Assembly (NCBI GenBank): GCA_918241715.1
Contig: CAKJYB010000014.1
Location: 1 to 43,018, forward strand
From: Clostridiales bacterium
GTDB lineage: Bacteria > Bacillota > Clostridia > Christensenellales > UBA1242
Reading direction: 5' to 3'
DNA length: 43,018 nucleotides
The position numbers and the translations under genes are program-made. Shown one piece after another: positions 38,001 to 43,018 of the stretch. Position 1 is the stretch's first letter, and each line of letters opens with the position of its first letter. Below the pieces are notes generated by a model, which searched no databases, was not told where the DNA came from, and was given only the letters and a program-made list of their open reading frames with translations.

Positions 38001-38020
38001 AGACTAAGGACCTTTCTCAT
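26096..38020 (-). CDS. Giant (3974 aa) N-terminally anchored surface protein, unknown family
   Basis: Uninterrupted 11.9-kb ORF. N-terminal signal-anchor MRKVLSLWKVILIVIASAVGVSGATALGLYL. T/Y/V/N/E-rich, Cys-poor, beta-type composition. No LPXTG or C-terminal TM. SD GGAG upstream of the ATG. Confidence 0.9.
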   Translation of the reverse strand: MRKVLSLWKVILIVIASAVGVSGATALGLYLSGSLKEKVVEPADMSFSHNVVGEGYYDAEDGTFKLSSDCKLTIVSSTKDVTEDEVILSFGNKPAVNGYVSDGVIKVPEKVKMNVPFDVILEPDYYEELHETWIKGSELDGFSVLTAKSENIQLTIQTAKIVVDVPSVYETGFGLSIEDDDVVGGEQTAVVGAEFSINEIFKPEGSKYMFMRSTELKDTFYSVVSGRSVSFDNSTKKFVANEVGTTTIKGYTFSKSYYQYKFYQENQDLTEYSQFISVLDTLAENKDPRVLSATINIKVEAVDVDSVDVAQNGQSYSVYVDKEYTLTANSTKGDKNLGVSILDKNGNSLSSLYGKVGIKIPQGVEGFTISGGRIAKVTEDRIVFEDYNPSTDYSSAPEGTSYYLLPNTRPAETGDYFWKISASNTLSNVQLLINFFYEKENQINMFFESGSEKSISVSFAFSSNQSAAWKDSQNALRIQIGYGEDGKAIPSSVDLAQYLDAINSSNIYKTIKYFLYADTTEDVDLTEVFSCLPAVEYSRNYKDEKITIEGVSTRDSYKLYELESSILTALKSYTGAVKVIAAIVRTDVNRIPYTTEGKYQIISAGRGKEVVVEGTLSITMMTASYRVDTEDELIVLGEDGQYYIPSTRMNGLAEKTMIYLDFTLRSDDIESDADKVVLAYNSGKLKVVCLDATRSESDFQYITLQSLSEKTEDRTENTATFVGEFSINKDAVEGNGKKFEGIYVGLQLQFTDQRGDFYSETIYETEDDLQQKDHFYIYYQNPTTMNAAYVEEGFLNENSIQVDISASDGISISWGEQDIGDIEGLAELLSYGMKDQKTNDIDPEDGVYRIYFAEINQQGDVVSANGILSFNNDSTKILNFNSTSSQDYETTRLKVSIKDKDNQDVAVLPDILTFRVKSEGLSYVKGDVSTDVNENELERLDGTSEIVVEKLVNKNDTITLSNLFEVYTGEDEKVDESSYEVKLDNTYLSGLSDGESENLVKMLIFNGEASEIGDKMSKYANTEITSIGMTAAFGERTKIVFNITEKEHGIYKITLNLWLFSNISCENRFNTYYESYRDYLQTSEDNTNAISVFAGETYVLDTYLEFDEVNGVKKYNWSTAEVTLTEAQGTGIVSLSGANLVIKEDVYQATIVTFTLHYQEISTYAFSKTCTLYVVPNIAIVKEARPFIDISAINASTKVSNFYKIVKLTDFVSLNRTTEINGFSYENITTNKYISVDANGVITATTRPETLEYEIGNLYTQELALTKNDGTKIYVDAVVMENDKSNPIVSKKGKTQFGFSIGYFSDNAVEMIQKIVEGAKVVLYDGKYTLLLVQGTTYQLCRTPQFLIVGVNEMSYIQYGDGISRNRILLSDVDKYFADGQYVIVEAVVSGNLTIRIRLDAIATKLGDDFVEYGEEISEDYLDYANLLGEYATLQDKDIYQELLAGQEYTIVNDGANILYDLIPLDGAIDFTKTYYIQKEDESYEVAEFFYYDGDNDVYVAITSENYQSEEVVNADTYYVYDEDNDTYVDVYDTSVGMIYQTRHGFYIDSTIFNQAGDNIIKLEVVEGAEGYISGLATTDGQTKLTLKDLVKGQEVYVVLKLKVSDLQEKVSFSWYYRIKVIGNFDKGEVVYPYATNTEYLETTSKYYHVAPAGEGIEDATGAYLDKYYEISFDEVFGKDSLAEGYKRFNYEGPALARTEVKELRANGVLVSAREITYENQTYYAYGNYLVIGIDEDGMVIYLKNVNAVYSITLERKYYNGENIMFGSAIQYNIKINDSPKYVYEVTRKDGEDTTGEKLIARDGKFTTNVVAGREQVTLETKLAIKSNGTESLVREYNAYVLGETEYVEDFAYNPTTHKITFTPKGTITQNGSFEIGFYEAAYNGEGFNKKDISLIAFRIIVNVESFYQYNVLKVDEPIVSGTEYKFKDIFRVEDSRFVENTSAEHDWTKTYYVLEGENYNVVVFYYKDSGNNFVETTQAVEGVETYYYGEDHEVVTNEVMLNFYINNVDKTNNTTLTLVNGNTTYKEEGDIKYNDLFVVYEKNGDKYIRFAFIETDIVANVKIQIDDFSFEFNLGVESANVYNLPASMIKTDSTARYYSDVEYTLTSDYLDSLGLFVNHGDDDEYLFVNGNTRLTQVRFTPEEFETSGNNEVKTFDTQYTIAYQFNEKEISTFNFTYRYNVRQNVFLYVNYPDPDKTGTTETEYYKDNLGLSDNEEICFAEKAIFADENRIKVEDNELAVDDNNGDEITKNWKVVVSSVNNARIIVKDGTSRDISNVGDYYTSGVAKVVLSLVNTSMDGSVTFKVSVNKVERDYTFIITKEDVFETNINATNYSTIGNTGVQAETIYAEDLSTYGAENQNLFEEGRILKYKLSSNATTNTNYYVRMEKDSMFSVVVINDKEVGINKTMDIGLSLVGYTYEGVYGSAEAAQTKTSALLDVFETAPTETTSRVVFTYRNGKSVVGATTKAVVGGVEFTALKQEHFETETPVVASLTLVVGENEYESSKTYALYLTYEFTIAGNCDSVKSDPAIQELYAGTEVSLFEEGVAFGMVNKRTQTAYSRQMMEASQGNIELHIYGFADYRIGGDEVLEEYHRRYTINPRAGATIDTDEAGYNYITLSETGSGKATDFSILANGAKNDGNYIMMQIKYSVTFGDNQVVGVPHNILFKVLPNSAVYYSGTRYGATEETIPYVDEDNILHIRKFAGETYDDEDNSITIEANTMETIINVTDNQGTDGNAVKLYAKDRMNVSSDDNALVAYMYGNTGVSGNNANTFSFDLPDANYQETINGNVFNDYLTGISRMAEESSYVGIVLPNLAIGEKYYYVDLINNYKYRIRVYIKLTGNENPTLSINGGSTLSEGETLGFGASYSVIAPQTIDVNGRDLQVITRAYNEHGTIKTMEIDKTKSSSFSHDGAVSINVTGAYVRNDADTGYNVYNGDIFFSVSPSTTLTSSSTGWLTLSQAPKTVYAGSTGVEFTLAHKSDTTAIPFKFLMETGTAGMVVEDIVWTEGDNSYSLAPIYTPVSFEQPEIKGEEAGTTRLAVISGISANGYKKRWVSLSEQSVLKSRITEFTISKVEFYYGETKVAETGGTGMFTSSEVYYCKTDNTLAQGQDYNKDNHSITIPRLDGFLYGTGTRVSGIKMVITLTDGTNVGTIEREVTFEKNTIGVTNIFQSTDLRDGGVVELTENDQITQVNNDTLEVDLEPGASITFSLQRVEGDSVVGLDGNKVVISNTKNYKVTEYVGITRNLKGLTTNLTANSSYLCLNVEQPNSNVKFRYNGAEVAQSGEVSARKFQYKTYSANAIKLKIFDSNELPAVITATSCAKRRLYFVYKYKYDVGVERLYQCTQEFSVYPAYYATEPVSAEHMDTQGNIRIPVQTYYKYTADGRRPYYVIPYTMWAQRIKLISISGEDLLSTISTHMLKFEINDDISGGAGAAFIDENGNIYTHETFDIASGTITINIDVKISTADGTFETTTSNRIGQVRMYLVQTTLSNSQTISAESGEIRQAGNTIYFLENGTYYKDSSEAMIGSVVSTSDTFDENNYKEINEEFELSDIFEEYVKDHFANATNIHYHVIKDNSNVYHIDNLDTWKFTSLGKHDLTIYATAVTLNGATATNNGFRFTATFYCYNSAEGSELTYVIEEGEEVEFDGLTINAGEDNEIDSKTFNESGYFEYEVVKYDNSQNTTSYKKYMIYVYKADRELYYKKQATEIFALRRLDKENEEQISNFYKVGSVGADSPTQTFERTTQEEDVFSETDNENEVFYLADITKESQHYYILYRVTYYIYGSSKGFAYDIIQKQTTSEESLKKTILSLYDENFDVANIGNYNVYRIDENNKLTIVENTEKITADMIEEDFFIRKTNVETNKNAIVRYTIYVYESVKTLDMEVQQNNQYQLSSLDEDILGEGGGRVEYFVLNRQLGILENRTETNLSDLSSPVVQEYYIKVTTTEGDVQVVKAYKLQVTFTKAVI

Positions 38021-38099
38021 AAAAACTCCGATTTAAAAAAATAAAAATAAATTCCCTAAAAATGTCTTAAAAATATTGTTTACATTTTTCGACAATTTA

Positions 38100-38128
38100 A
38101 TTATACATTTTTTAATTATTTTTAGCAA
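38100..38128 (-). promoter_or_regulatory. Candidate promoter of the giant gene
   Basis: Minus strand: -35 TTGCTA (38123..38128), 17-nt spacer, -10 TATAAT (38100..38105), within a very AT-rich 212-nt intergenic region. Confidence 0.35.
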
Positions 38129-38197
38129 ATTATTTATAATAAATAATTTTAATTATCTTTAATTATTTTTTTTATTTATTTCTGTTTCTTCTTTAAG

Positions 38198-38226
38198 TTG
38201 ACACAAAGACAAAAATCGTTTATAAT
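38198..38226 (+). promoter_or_regulatory. Consensus promoter positioned for a leaderless transcript
   Basis: -35 TTGACA (38198..38203), 17-nt spacer, -10 TATAAT (38221..38226). The ATG of the next ORF begins at 38233, 7 nt after the -10 element. Confidence 0.55.
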
Positions 38227-38232
38227 TTCAAT

Positions 38233-38952
38233 ATGAGCACATATAACGAAATTTACAACTACCTAAACTTGGTAGACAAAAGATTGGGAAATCTTTACAA
38301 AAAGACGGGGTTTAATCCTTTGCCTGCAGATTTCAAATTTGACAAAGAAACAATCAAAGAAAGATTGTATCTAAATCAAATGGCATCTGCATTGTCTTTT
38401 CCAGAATTTTTGTATGAAGAGAAAAATCAACTTAAAAAGCGCTTCAATCAAACGTTGAAACTTATCAAAACCATTCTTAAAGAAGAAAAATACACGCAAT
38501 ACATGTCTCCAGAGTTTGCAAGAAAGTTTGAAGTGTATATGGTTATGCGCAGAGAAATCACTTCTCTTGTTTTGAAAGATTTTTCAAAAGAATCTTTTGA
38601 CGAATGTTCTGCTTACATGGAAATTTGTTCTATCAACACAATTTTCTTTGATCTTTTAGATGGGTTTTTTGAAGACGGATTCAATTTTTTGGAAGTTTTG
38701 CCTACACTTGAAAACAACTACAACATTTATTACAACGAAAGATTGAAACTTATTGAAAAGAAAAATAACGAAAAATTAGAAAAAAATACCATTGAAAATT
38801 CATTATTTATTGCAAAAAATAATGAAAAAATAAATAAAAATAATTTAAAAATGCAAAAAAATAATTTAAAAATCGAAAAACAGCAACAAAAAATAGAAAA
38901 AGAAAGAGAAATTTTGAAATTTAAATCAAAAATTGAAAACAGAAGCAAATAA
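38233..38952 (+). CDS. Hypothetical helical protein with Lys/Asn-rich low-complexity C-terminus
   Basis: 239 aa. No SD upstream. C-terminal KNNLKMQKNNLKIEKQQQKIEKE repeats. No family recognised. Confidence 0.5.
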   Translation: MSTYNEIYNYLNLVDKRLGNLYKKTGFNPLPADFKFDKETIKERLYLNQMASALSFPEFLYEEKNQLKKRFNQTLKLIKTILKEEKYTQYMSPEFARKFEVYMVMRREITSLVLKDFSKESFDECSAYMEICSINTIFFDLLDGFFEDGFNFLEVLPTLENNYNIYYNERLKLIEKKNNEKLEKNTIENSLFIAKNNEKINKNNLKMQKNNLKIEKQQQKIEKEREILKFKSKIENRSK

Positions 38953-38961
38953 GGAGTAAAA

Positions 38962-40542
38962 ATGATACAGGCTGTCAACGTTTCCTTGGCGTTTGGTGGA
39001 AGAAAACTTTACAAAGATGTAAATTTAAAGTTTACAAAAGGAAACTGCTACGGAATAATCGGTGCAAATGGAGCAGGAAAGTCTACATTTTTGAAGATTT
39101 TGACCGGAGAGATAGAACCAAACACTGGGGAAATTTTAATCTCACCCGGAGAGAGAATGTCTGTTTTGGAACAAAACCAAAACAAATATGACAACGAAAG
39201 CGTTTTAAATACCGTTCTTTTGGGACACAAAAGACTTATGGAAGTCCAAAAGGAAAAGGATTTGCTTTACGCAAAGCCAGACTTTTCTGAAGAAGATGGA
39301 TTGAAAGCTGCCGAACTTGAAACAGAATTTGCAGAACTTGGTGGTTGGGAAGCAGAAAGTGAAGCCCAAACAATTTTGCAAAATATGGGTGTCGGAACAG
39401 AACTTCACTACGAACTTATGTCAAACCTTGACTCAAAGATAAAAGTCAAAGTTTTGCTTGCGCAAGCACTTTTTGGCAATCCTGACATTCTTGTCTTGGA
39501 CGAACCAACAAACAACCTTGACTTCAAGACAATACGTTGGCTTGAAAACTTTTTGCTTGATTTTGAAAATATTGTTATTATCGTCTCCCACAACAGACAC
39601 TTTTTAAATAAGGTCTGCACGCACATCTGTGATGTTGACTTTGGCGAAATAAACATGTATCTTGGAAACTACGACTTCTGGTATGAAACAAGTCAACTTC
39701 TTGCAAGACAGGCAAAGGAGCAAAACAAAAAAGCAGAACAACGTGCAAAAGAACTTAAAGACTTTATTGCAAGGTTTAGTGCAAACGCTTCAAAATCAAA
39801 ACAAGCAACAAGCAGAAAGAAAGAACTTGAAAAACTTACACTTGAAGACTTTAAACCATCTTCAAGAAAATACCCTTATGTCGACTTCAGATATGAGCAA
39901 GAAATCGGAAAGGAGATTTTGAAGGTTGAAAACCTTTGCAAAAAAGGAATGTTTAAAAACCTTTCCTTTACAATAGAAAAAGACCAAAAGGTTGCGTTTT
40001 TGTCTTCAAACAGCTTAGTTTTGACCACCCTTTTCAATATCTTGGCTGGCAAAGAAGAAGCTGATTCTGGAACGTTCCGTTTTGGAAAGACAATCAAATT
40101 TTCTTATCTTCCACAAGACAACAGAGAATTTTTTGAAAACTGCCACCTAAGCGTTGTTGATTGGCTTAGACAATACTCCAAAGATCAATCAGAAACATAC
40201 ATAAGAAGCTGGCTTGGAAGAATGTTGTTCTCCGGAGAAGAAAGTTTGAAAGAGGTGTCCGTTCTTTCCGGTGGTGAAAGAGTGAGATGTATGCTTGCAA
40301 AAATTATGCTTGAATCTGGAAACTTTTTGATTTTGGACGAACCAATCAACCACTTGGATTTGGAAAGCATAACTTCTTTAAACAAAGGAATGATAAACTT
40401 TAAAGGTTGCATGTTGTTTGCAACTGGAGACCAAGAAATCATTGAGACAACTGCAAACAGAATTATTGATATTGTTGACGAAAACACCATAATTGACAAA
40501 CAGATGTCTTATGAAGAATATATGGAAAAATTTAAAGCGTAA
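38962..40542 (+). CDS. ABC-F family ATPase (YbiT-like) with degenerate second nucleotide-binding site
   Basis: 526 aa with two ABC domains joined by a charged linker (QAKEQNKKAEQRAKELKDFIARFSANASKSKQATSRKK). NBD1 Walker A GANGAGKST. NBD2 signature LSGGE and Walker B LILDEP. NBD2 Walker A position reads SSNSLVLTT. SD AAGGAG upstream. Confidence 0.85.
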   Translation: MIQAVNVSLAFGGRKLYKDVNLKFTKGNCYGIIGANGAGKSTFLKILTGEIEPNTGEILISPGERMSVLEQNQNKYDNESVLNTVLLGHKRLMEVQKEKDLLYAKPDFSEEDGLKAAELETEFAELGGWEAESEAQTILQNMGVGTELHYELMSNLDSKIKVKVLLAQALFGNPDILVLDEPTNNLDFKTIRWLENFLLDFENIVIIVSHNRHFLNKVCTHICDVDFGEINMYLGNYDFWYETSQLLARQAKEQNKKAEQRAKELKDFIARFSANASKSKQATSRKKELEKLTLEDFKPSSRKYPYVDFRYEQEIGKEILKVENLCKKGMFKNLSFTIEKDQKVAFLSSNSLVLTTLFNILAGKEEADSGTFRFGKTIKFSYLPQDNREFFENCHLSVVDWLRQYSKDQSETYIRSWLGRMLFSGEESLKEVSVLSGGERVRCMLAKIMLESGNFLILDEPINHLDLESITSLNKGMINFKGCMLFATGDQEIIETTANRIIDIVDENTIIDKQMSYEEYMEKFKA

Positions 40543-40553
40543 ACAATTTTTGT

Positions 40554-40583
40554 TTGACTTTTTTCAAAGGCTTGGTTTATACT
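40554..40583 (+). promoter_or_regulatory. Promoter of the glyQS T-box leader
   Basis: -35 TTGACT (40554..40559), 18-nt spacer, -10 TATACT (40578..40583). Confidence 0.55.
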
Positions 40584-40589
40584 AAATAT

Positions 40590-40727
40590 AGCTATGACGG
40601 AATTGGCAACTCCTGAGCAAACGCTTGTCGGCGTAAAGACGATAATGAAGGCAAGAAACTCTTGTGAAATAGGGTGGAACAGCGAACGACATTCGCCCCT
40701 ATGCATTATAAGTGCATGGGGCTTTTT
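40590..40727 (+). promoter_or_regulatory. T-box riboswitch leader (Gly specifier) with terminator/antiterminator
   Basis: T-box sequence AAATAGGGTGGAACAGCG (40667..40684). Antiterminator AGGG-TGGAACA-GCGAA-CGACA-TTCGC-CCCT with UGGA bulge complementary to the UCCA end of tRNA-Gly. Terminator GCCCCTATGCA-TTATAAG-TGCATGGGGC plus T6 (40695..40727). Candidate specifier GGC at 40650..40652 in GAAGGCA. Confidence 0.85.
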
Positions 40728-40755
40728 TATTATCCATGCAAAAAGGAGAAGAAAA

Positions 40756-42141
40756 ATGAAAGAAACAAAAGTTACAATGGAAAAAATTTTAAATCTGTGC
40801 AAAGGCCGTGGATTTGTCTTCCCAGGAAGTGATATCTATGGTGGTTTTGCAAACACTTGGGATTTTGGTCCTGTCGGTGTAGAACTTAAAAACAACGTAA
40901 AAAAGGCATGGTGGAAAAGATTTGTCCAAGAAAACCCAAATGCCTATGGTCTTGATGCCGCAATTTTAATGAATCCACGTGTTTGGGACGCAAGTGGACA
41001 CACTGCAAGTTTTAGTGATCCAAAAATGGATTGCAGAGAGTGTAAAACAAGAGAAAGAGCAGACAATTTGATTGAAGATTATGCAAAAAAACACAATCTC
41101 AATGTTGTTCCGGACAATATGACAAACGAAGAAATGCAAAACTTTATTGACGAACACAAAATAAACTGCCCAAAATGTGGAAAACACAACTGGACACCAA
41201 TCAGACAATTTAATCTTATGTTTGAAACAAGCCGTGGTGTAACTGAAGAAGGAACAAACAAGGTTTATCTTCGTCCAGAAACTGCTCAAGGTGAATACGT
41301 AAACTTCTTGAATGTTCAACGTACCACCAGAGCAAAACTTCCTTTTGCAATTGCACAAATAGGAAAATCATTTAGAAATGAAATCACTCCGGGAAATTTC
41401 CTTTTCAGAACGGTTGAATTCGAACAAATGGAACTTCAAAACTTCTGCAAAGACGAAAACGCCCTTGACCTTTACAAAGAATTTAAGGAAAGAGCCTTGA
41501 AGTTTGTTGAAGATTTGGGACTTGACGGAGAAAAACTTAGATTCCATGACCACGACAAACTTGCTCACTATGCAAAAGCAGCCTGCGATATTCAATATTA
41601 TTTCCCAATAGGCTGGCAAGAATTAAACGGAATTCATCACAGAAGCACTTGGGATTTGTCAAGACATCAAGAATATAGTGGAAAGAGCATGCTTTACACA
41701 GACCCAGTTACAAATGAAAAAGTTTTGCCTACGATAATTGAATATTCTATTGGTGCTGACAGACTTGTTTTGGCTCTTCTTTGCGAAGCGTATGACGAAG
41801 AAACTCTTGAAGGTGGAGAAACAAGAATTGTTATGCATTTCCACCCAGCAATTGCACCATACAAAGTTGCAGTTTTGCCACTTCAAAAAAATCTTTCCGA
41901 AAAGGCAAAAGAAGTTTATTCTCTTCTTGCAAAAGATTTTATGTGTGATTATGACGAATCTGGATCAATCGGAAAGCGTTATCGCCGTGAAGACGAAATC
42001 GGAACACCATTCTGTGTTACAATTGACTTTGACACACTTGAAAACAATTCTGTAACAATTCGTGATAGAGACACAATGGAGCAAATAAGACTTCCAATAA
42101 ATGAAGTTTCTGCTTATGTTTCACAAAAAATAAAGTTTTAA
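40756..42141 (+). CDS. glyQS: Glycine--tRNA ligase (dimeric GlyQS type)
   Basis: Start set to ATG 40756 (MKETKVTMEKILNLCKGRGFVFPGSDIYGG...) with SD AAAGGAG. The ORF-track N-terminal extension overlaps the T-box leader. Class II motifs such as FRNEITPGNFLFRTVEFEQME are present. Confidence 0.9.
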   Translation: MKETKVTMEKILNLCKGRGFVFPGSDIYGGFANTWDFGPVGVELKNNVKKAWWKRFVQENPNAYGLDAAILMNPRVWDASGHTASFSDPKMDCRECKTRERADNLIEDYAKKHNLNVVPDNMTNEEMQNFIDEHKINCPKCGKHNWTPIRQFNLMFETSRGVTEEGTNKVYLRPETAQGEYVNFLNVQRTTRAKLPFAIAQIGKSFRNEITPGNFLFRTVEFEQMELQNFCKDENALDLYKEFKERALKFVEDLGLDGEKLRFHDHDKLAHYAKAACDIQYYFPIGWQELNGIHHRSTWDLSRHQEYSGKSMLYTDPVTNEKVLPTIIEYSIGADRLVLALLCEAYDEETLEGGETRIVMHFHPAIAPYKVAVLPLQKNLSEKAKEVYSLLAKDFMCDYDESGSIGKRYRREDEIGTPFCVTIDFDTLENNSVTIRDRDTMEQIRLPINEVSAYVSQKIKF

Positions 42142-42152
42142 AATAAATATCT

Positions 42153-42181
42153 AAAAAGAGAGAAACGTTCTCTCTTTTTTG
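42153..42181 (+). terminator. Rho-independent terminator after glyQS
   Basis: AGAGAGAA-ACG-TTCTCTCT hairpin followed by a T run. Confidence 0.75.
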
Positions 42182-42232
42182 TTTGACTATATTTTCTAAA
42201 AGGTTTAAAATAGTCTTTGAAAGGAGGGAAAC

Positions 42233-42715
42233 ATGAAAAAGTTTTTAGGCGCAATTTGTGCAATGGCAACAGGTGCATTGGCTTTTGTGTTCTTGAGCAT
42301 TTCGACACTCTTTATGAAATACTCTATGGGTGGATTCTCTGAATCAGATAGTTCAAATGCTTGGGATATTATCACAGGTGGGCCTGCAAATGACGCAAGT
42401 GGTGATTTGCTTAGAGTCTCATTGATTGTTATTCTTGTTGTTGCATGTTTGTTGGTTTTGTGGGGACTTTTGGTATTGTTTAAAAATCTTGGAATTTTGA
42501 AGATCAAAGCAAACCTTAGCCTTGTAACAAACCTTTTGCTTACATTGTTCACTTTGTTTGTTGTTCTTGCTTTGATCGGTGCTCTTGTATATTGCAGCAA
42601 AGTTACTGTTCCAGGACGTACATCAACAGCTGGCGTTGGCATTTATCTCAACTTGGTTGTTGGTCTTGCAGCATGTGTTCTTTGCTGGATTTTTGCAAGA
42701 AAAGACGTAAAATAA
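42233..42715 (+). CDS. Polytopic membrane protein, unknown family
   Basis: 160 aa with four predicted TM helices. SD AAAGGAGGG upstream. Confidence 0.6.
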   Translation: MKKFLGAICAMATGALAFVFLSISTLFMKYSMGGFSESDSSNAWDIITGGPANDASGDLLRVSLIVILVVACLLVLWGLLVLFKNLGILKIKANLSLVTNLLLTLFTLFVVLALIGALVYCSKVTVPGRTSTAGVGIYLNLVVGLAACVLCWIFARKDVK

Positions 42716-42733
42716 GAAAACAAAAAAAAGAAA

Positions 42734-42762
42734 AGACGGACGTTTGTGTCTGTCTTTTTTTT
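42734..42762 (+). terminator. Rho-independent terminator
   Basis: AGACGGAC-GTTTGT-GTCTGTCT hairpin (one G:U pair) followed by a T8 run. Confidence 0.7.
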
Positions 42763-42763
42763 A

Positions 42764-42796
42764 ATAAAAAAAGCAGCCGAAACTGCTTTTTCTTTT
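42764..42796 (-). terminator. Terminator serving the minus-strand gene at the window end
   Basis: AGCAG-CCGAAA-CTGCT hairpin flanked by A and T runs. On the minus strand it is followed by TTTTTTATT. Confidence 0.6.
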
Positions 42797-42804
42797 TGAA
42801 CTGA

Positions 42805-43018
42805 TTAAACGTTCAAAACTCTCAAAATGTGTTTTTGTGTAATCATCAATACAAGGTCTACAATCCACAAAATCAATCCACCGAACAACAAACGAATGAT
42901 TCCTGCAACGATGTGTCCGTCCATAATTCTTGTGATTCCACCACAAATCCAAGCTGTGAATGGAATGATTGCAAGAATAAGGCTTACAACACTACTAAGA
43001 CCAAAATAATCTGATTTC
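42805..43018 (-). CDS. Partial (5'-truncated by window edge) small membrane protein, TM2-like WIVD motif
   Basis: Hand translation of the minus strand from 43017: KSDYFGLSSVVSLILAIIPFTAWICGGITRIMDGHIVAGIIRLLFGGLILWIVDLVLMITQKHILRVLNV*. It is absent from the ORF track because the start lies outside the window. Homologous to ORF 12685..12948. Confidence 0.55.
   Translation of the reverse strand, partial: KSDYFGLSSVVSLILAIIPFTAWICGGITRIMDGHIVAGIIRLLFGGLILWIVDLVLMITQKHILRVLNV

Noticed and set aside
26096-38020. Dozens of 60-170-aa plus-strand ORFs across the giant gene
   Set aside because: All are embedded antisense in a single 11.9-kb ORF, which cannot be open by chance. None has an SD or a recognisable motif.
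38021-38197. Extremely AT-rich intergenic spacer with several AATTAT and A-tract motifs, considered as a possible ncRNA or replication-related element
   Set aside because: No stable stem-loops, DnaA-box-like 9-mers or conserved RNA motifs are visible. It is most simply a divergent promoter region with curved DNA.
38760-38950. A/T-rich near-repeats (AAAAATAATTTAAAAAT twice, and similar) that look like a short tandem repeat array
   Set aside because: They lie in frame within ORF 38233..38952 and encode its Lys/Asn-rich tail (KNNLKMQKNNLKIEK). There is no spacer-repeat periodicity, so this is not a CRISPR.
40594-40755. 54-codon N-terminal extension of glyQS given in the ORF track
   Set aside because: The extension runs through the T-box leader, antiterminator and terminator. 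The ATG at 40756 has a strong SD and gives the conserved GlyRS N-terminus.

Overview
AT-rich chromosomal segment, probably from an anaerobic, spore-forming low-GC Firmicute. Supporting evidence: yabP/yabQ, a class III ribonucleotide reductase operon, an S-box riboswitch on metK, a Gly T-box on glyQS, and standard stop codons including TGA. Housekeeping genes: RluA-type pseudouridine synthase, cvpA, mscL, an Rrf2 regulator, metK, an M18 aminopeptidase, gtrA-like, a plsC-like acyltransferase, nrdD-trxB-nrdG, an ABC-F ATPase, glyQS, tRNA-Ala and tRNA-Arg. Three accessory regions stand out. (1) 2431..10326, minus strand: a tightly coupled 7-gene operon. It encodes an SPFH/YdjI-like protein with double Zn-ribbon, a bitopic membrane protein, a TPR-like protein, two ESCRT-III (Snf7/PspA)-like proteins, a Vps4-like MIT-AAA ATPase, and a 1271-aa protein with Zn-ribbon, TIR-like domain, 3 TM helices and a GLUG domain. 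I consider this the best candidate for a poorly described bacterial ESCRT-III/Vps4-type membrane-remodelling or envelope-defence system. (2) 11443..12672: an orphan protein with two RNxxxH (HEPN-type) motifs, located right after tRNA-Ala and driven by a consensus promoter. (3) 24024..38020: a solitary VirD4/TraG-type coupling ATPase next to tRNA-Arg, convergent with an 11.9-kb gene for a 3974-aa N-terminally anchored surface protein. No CRISPR array, rRNA, transposase or integrase was recognised. All product calls come from motif recognition by eye, since no database search could be run.
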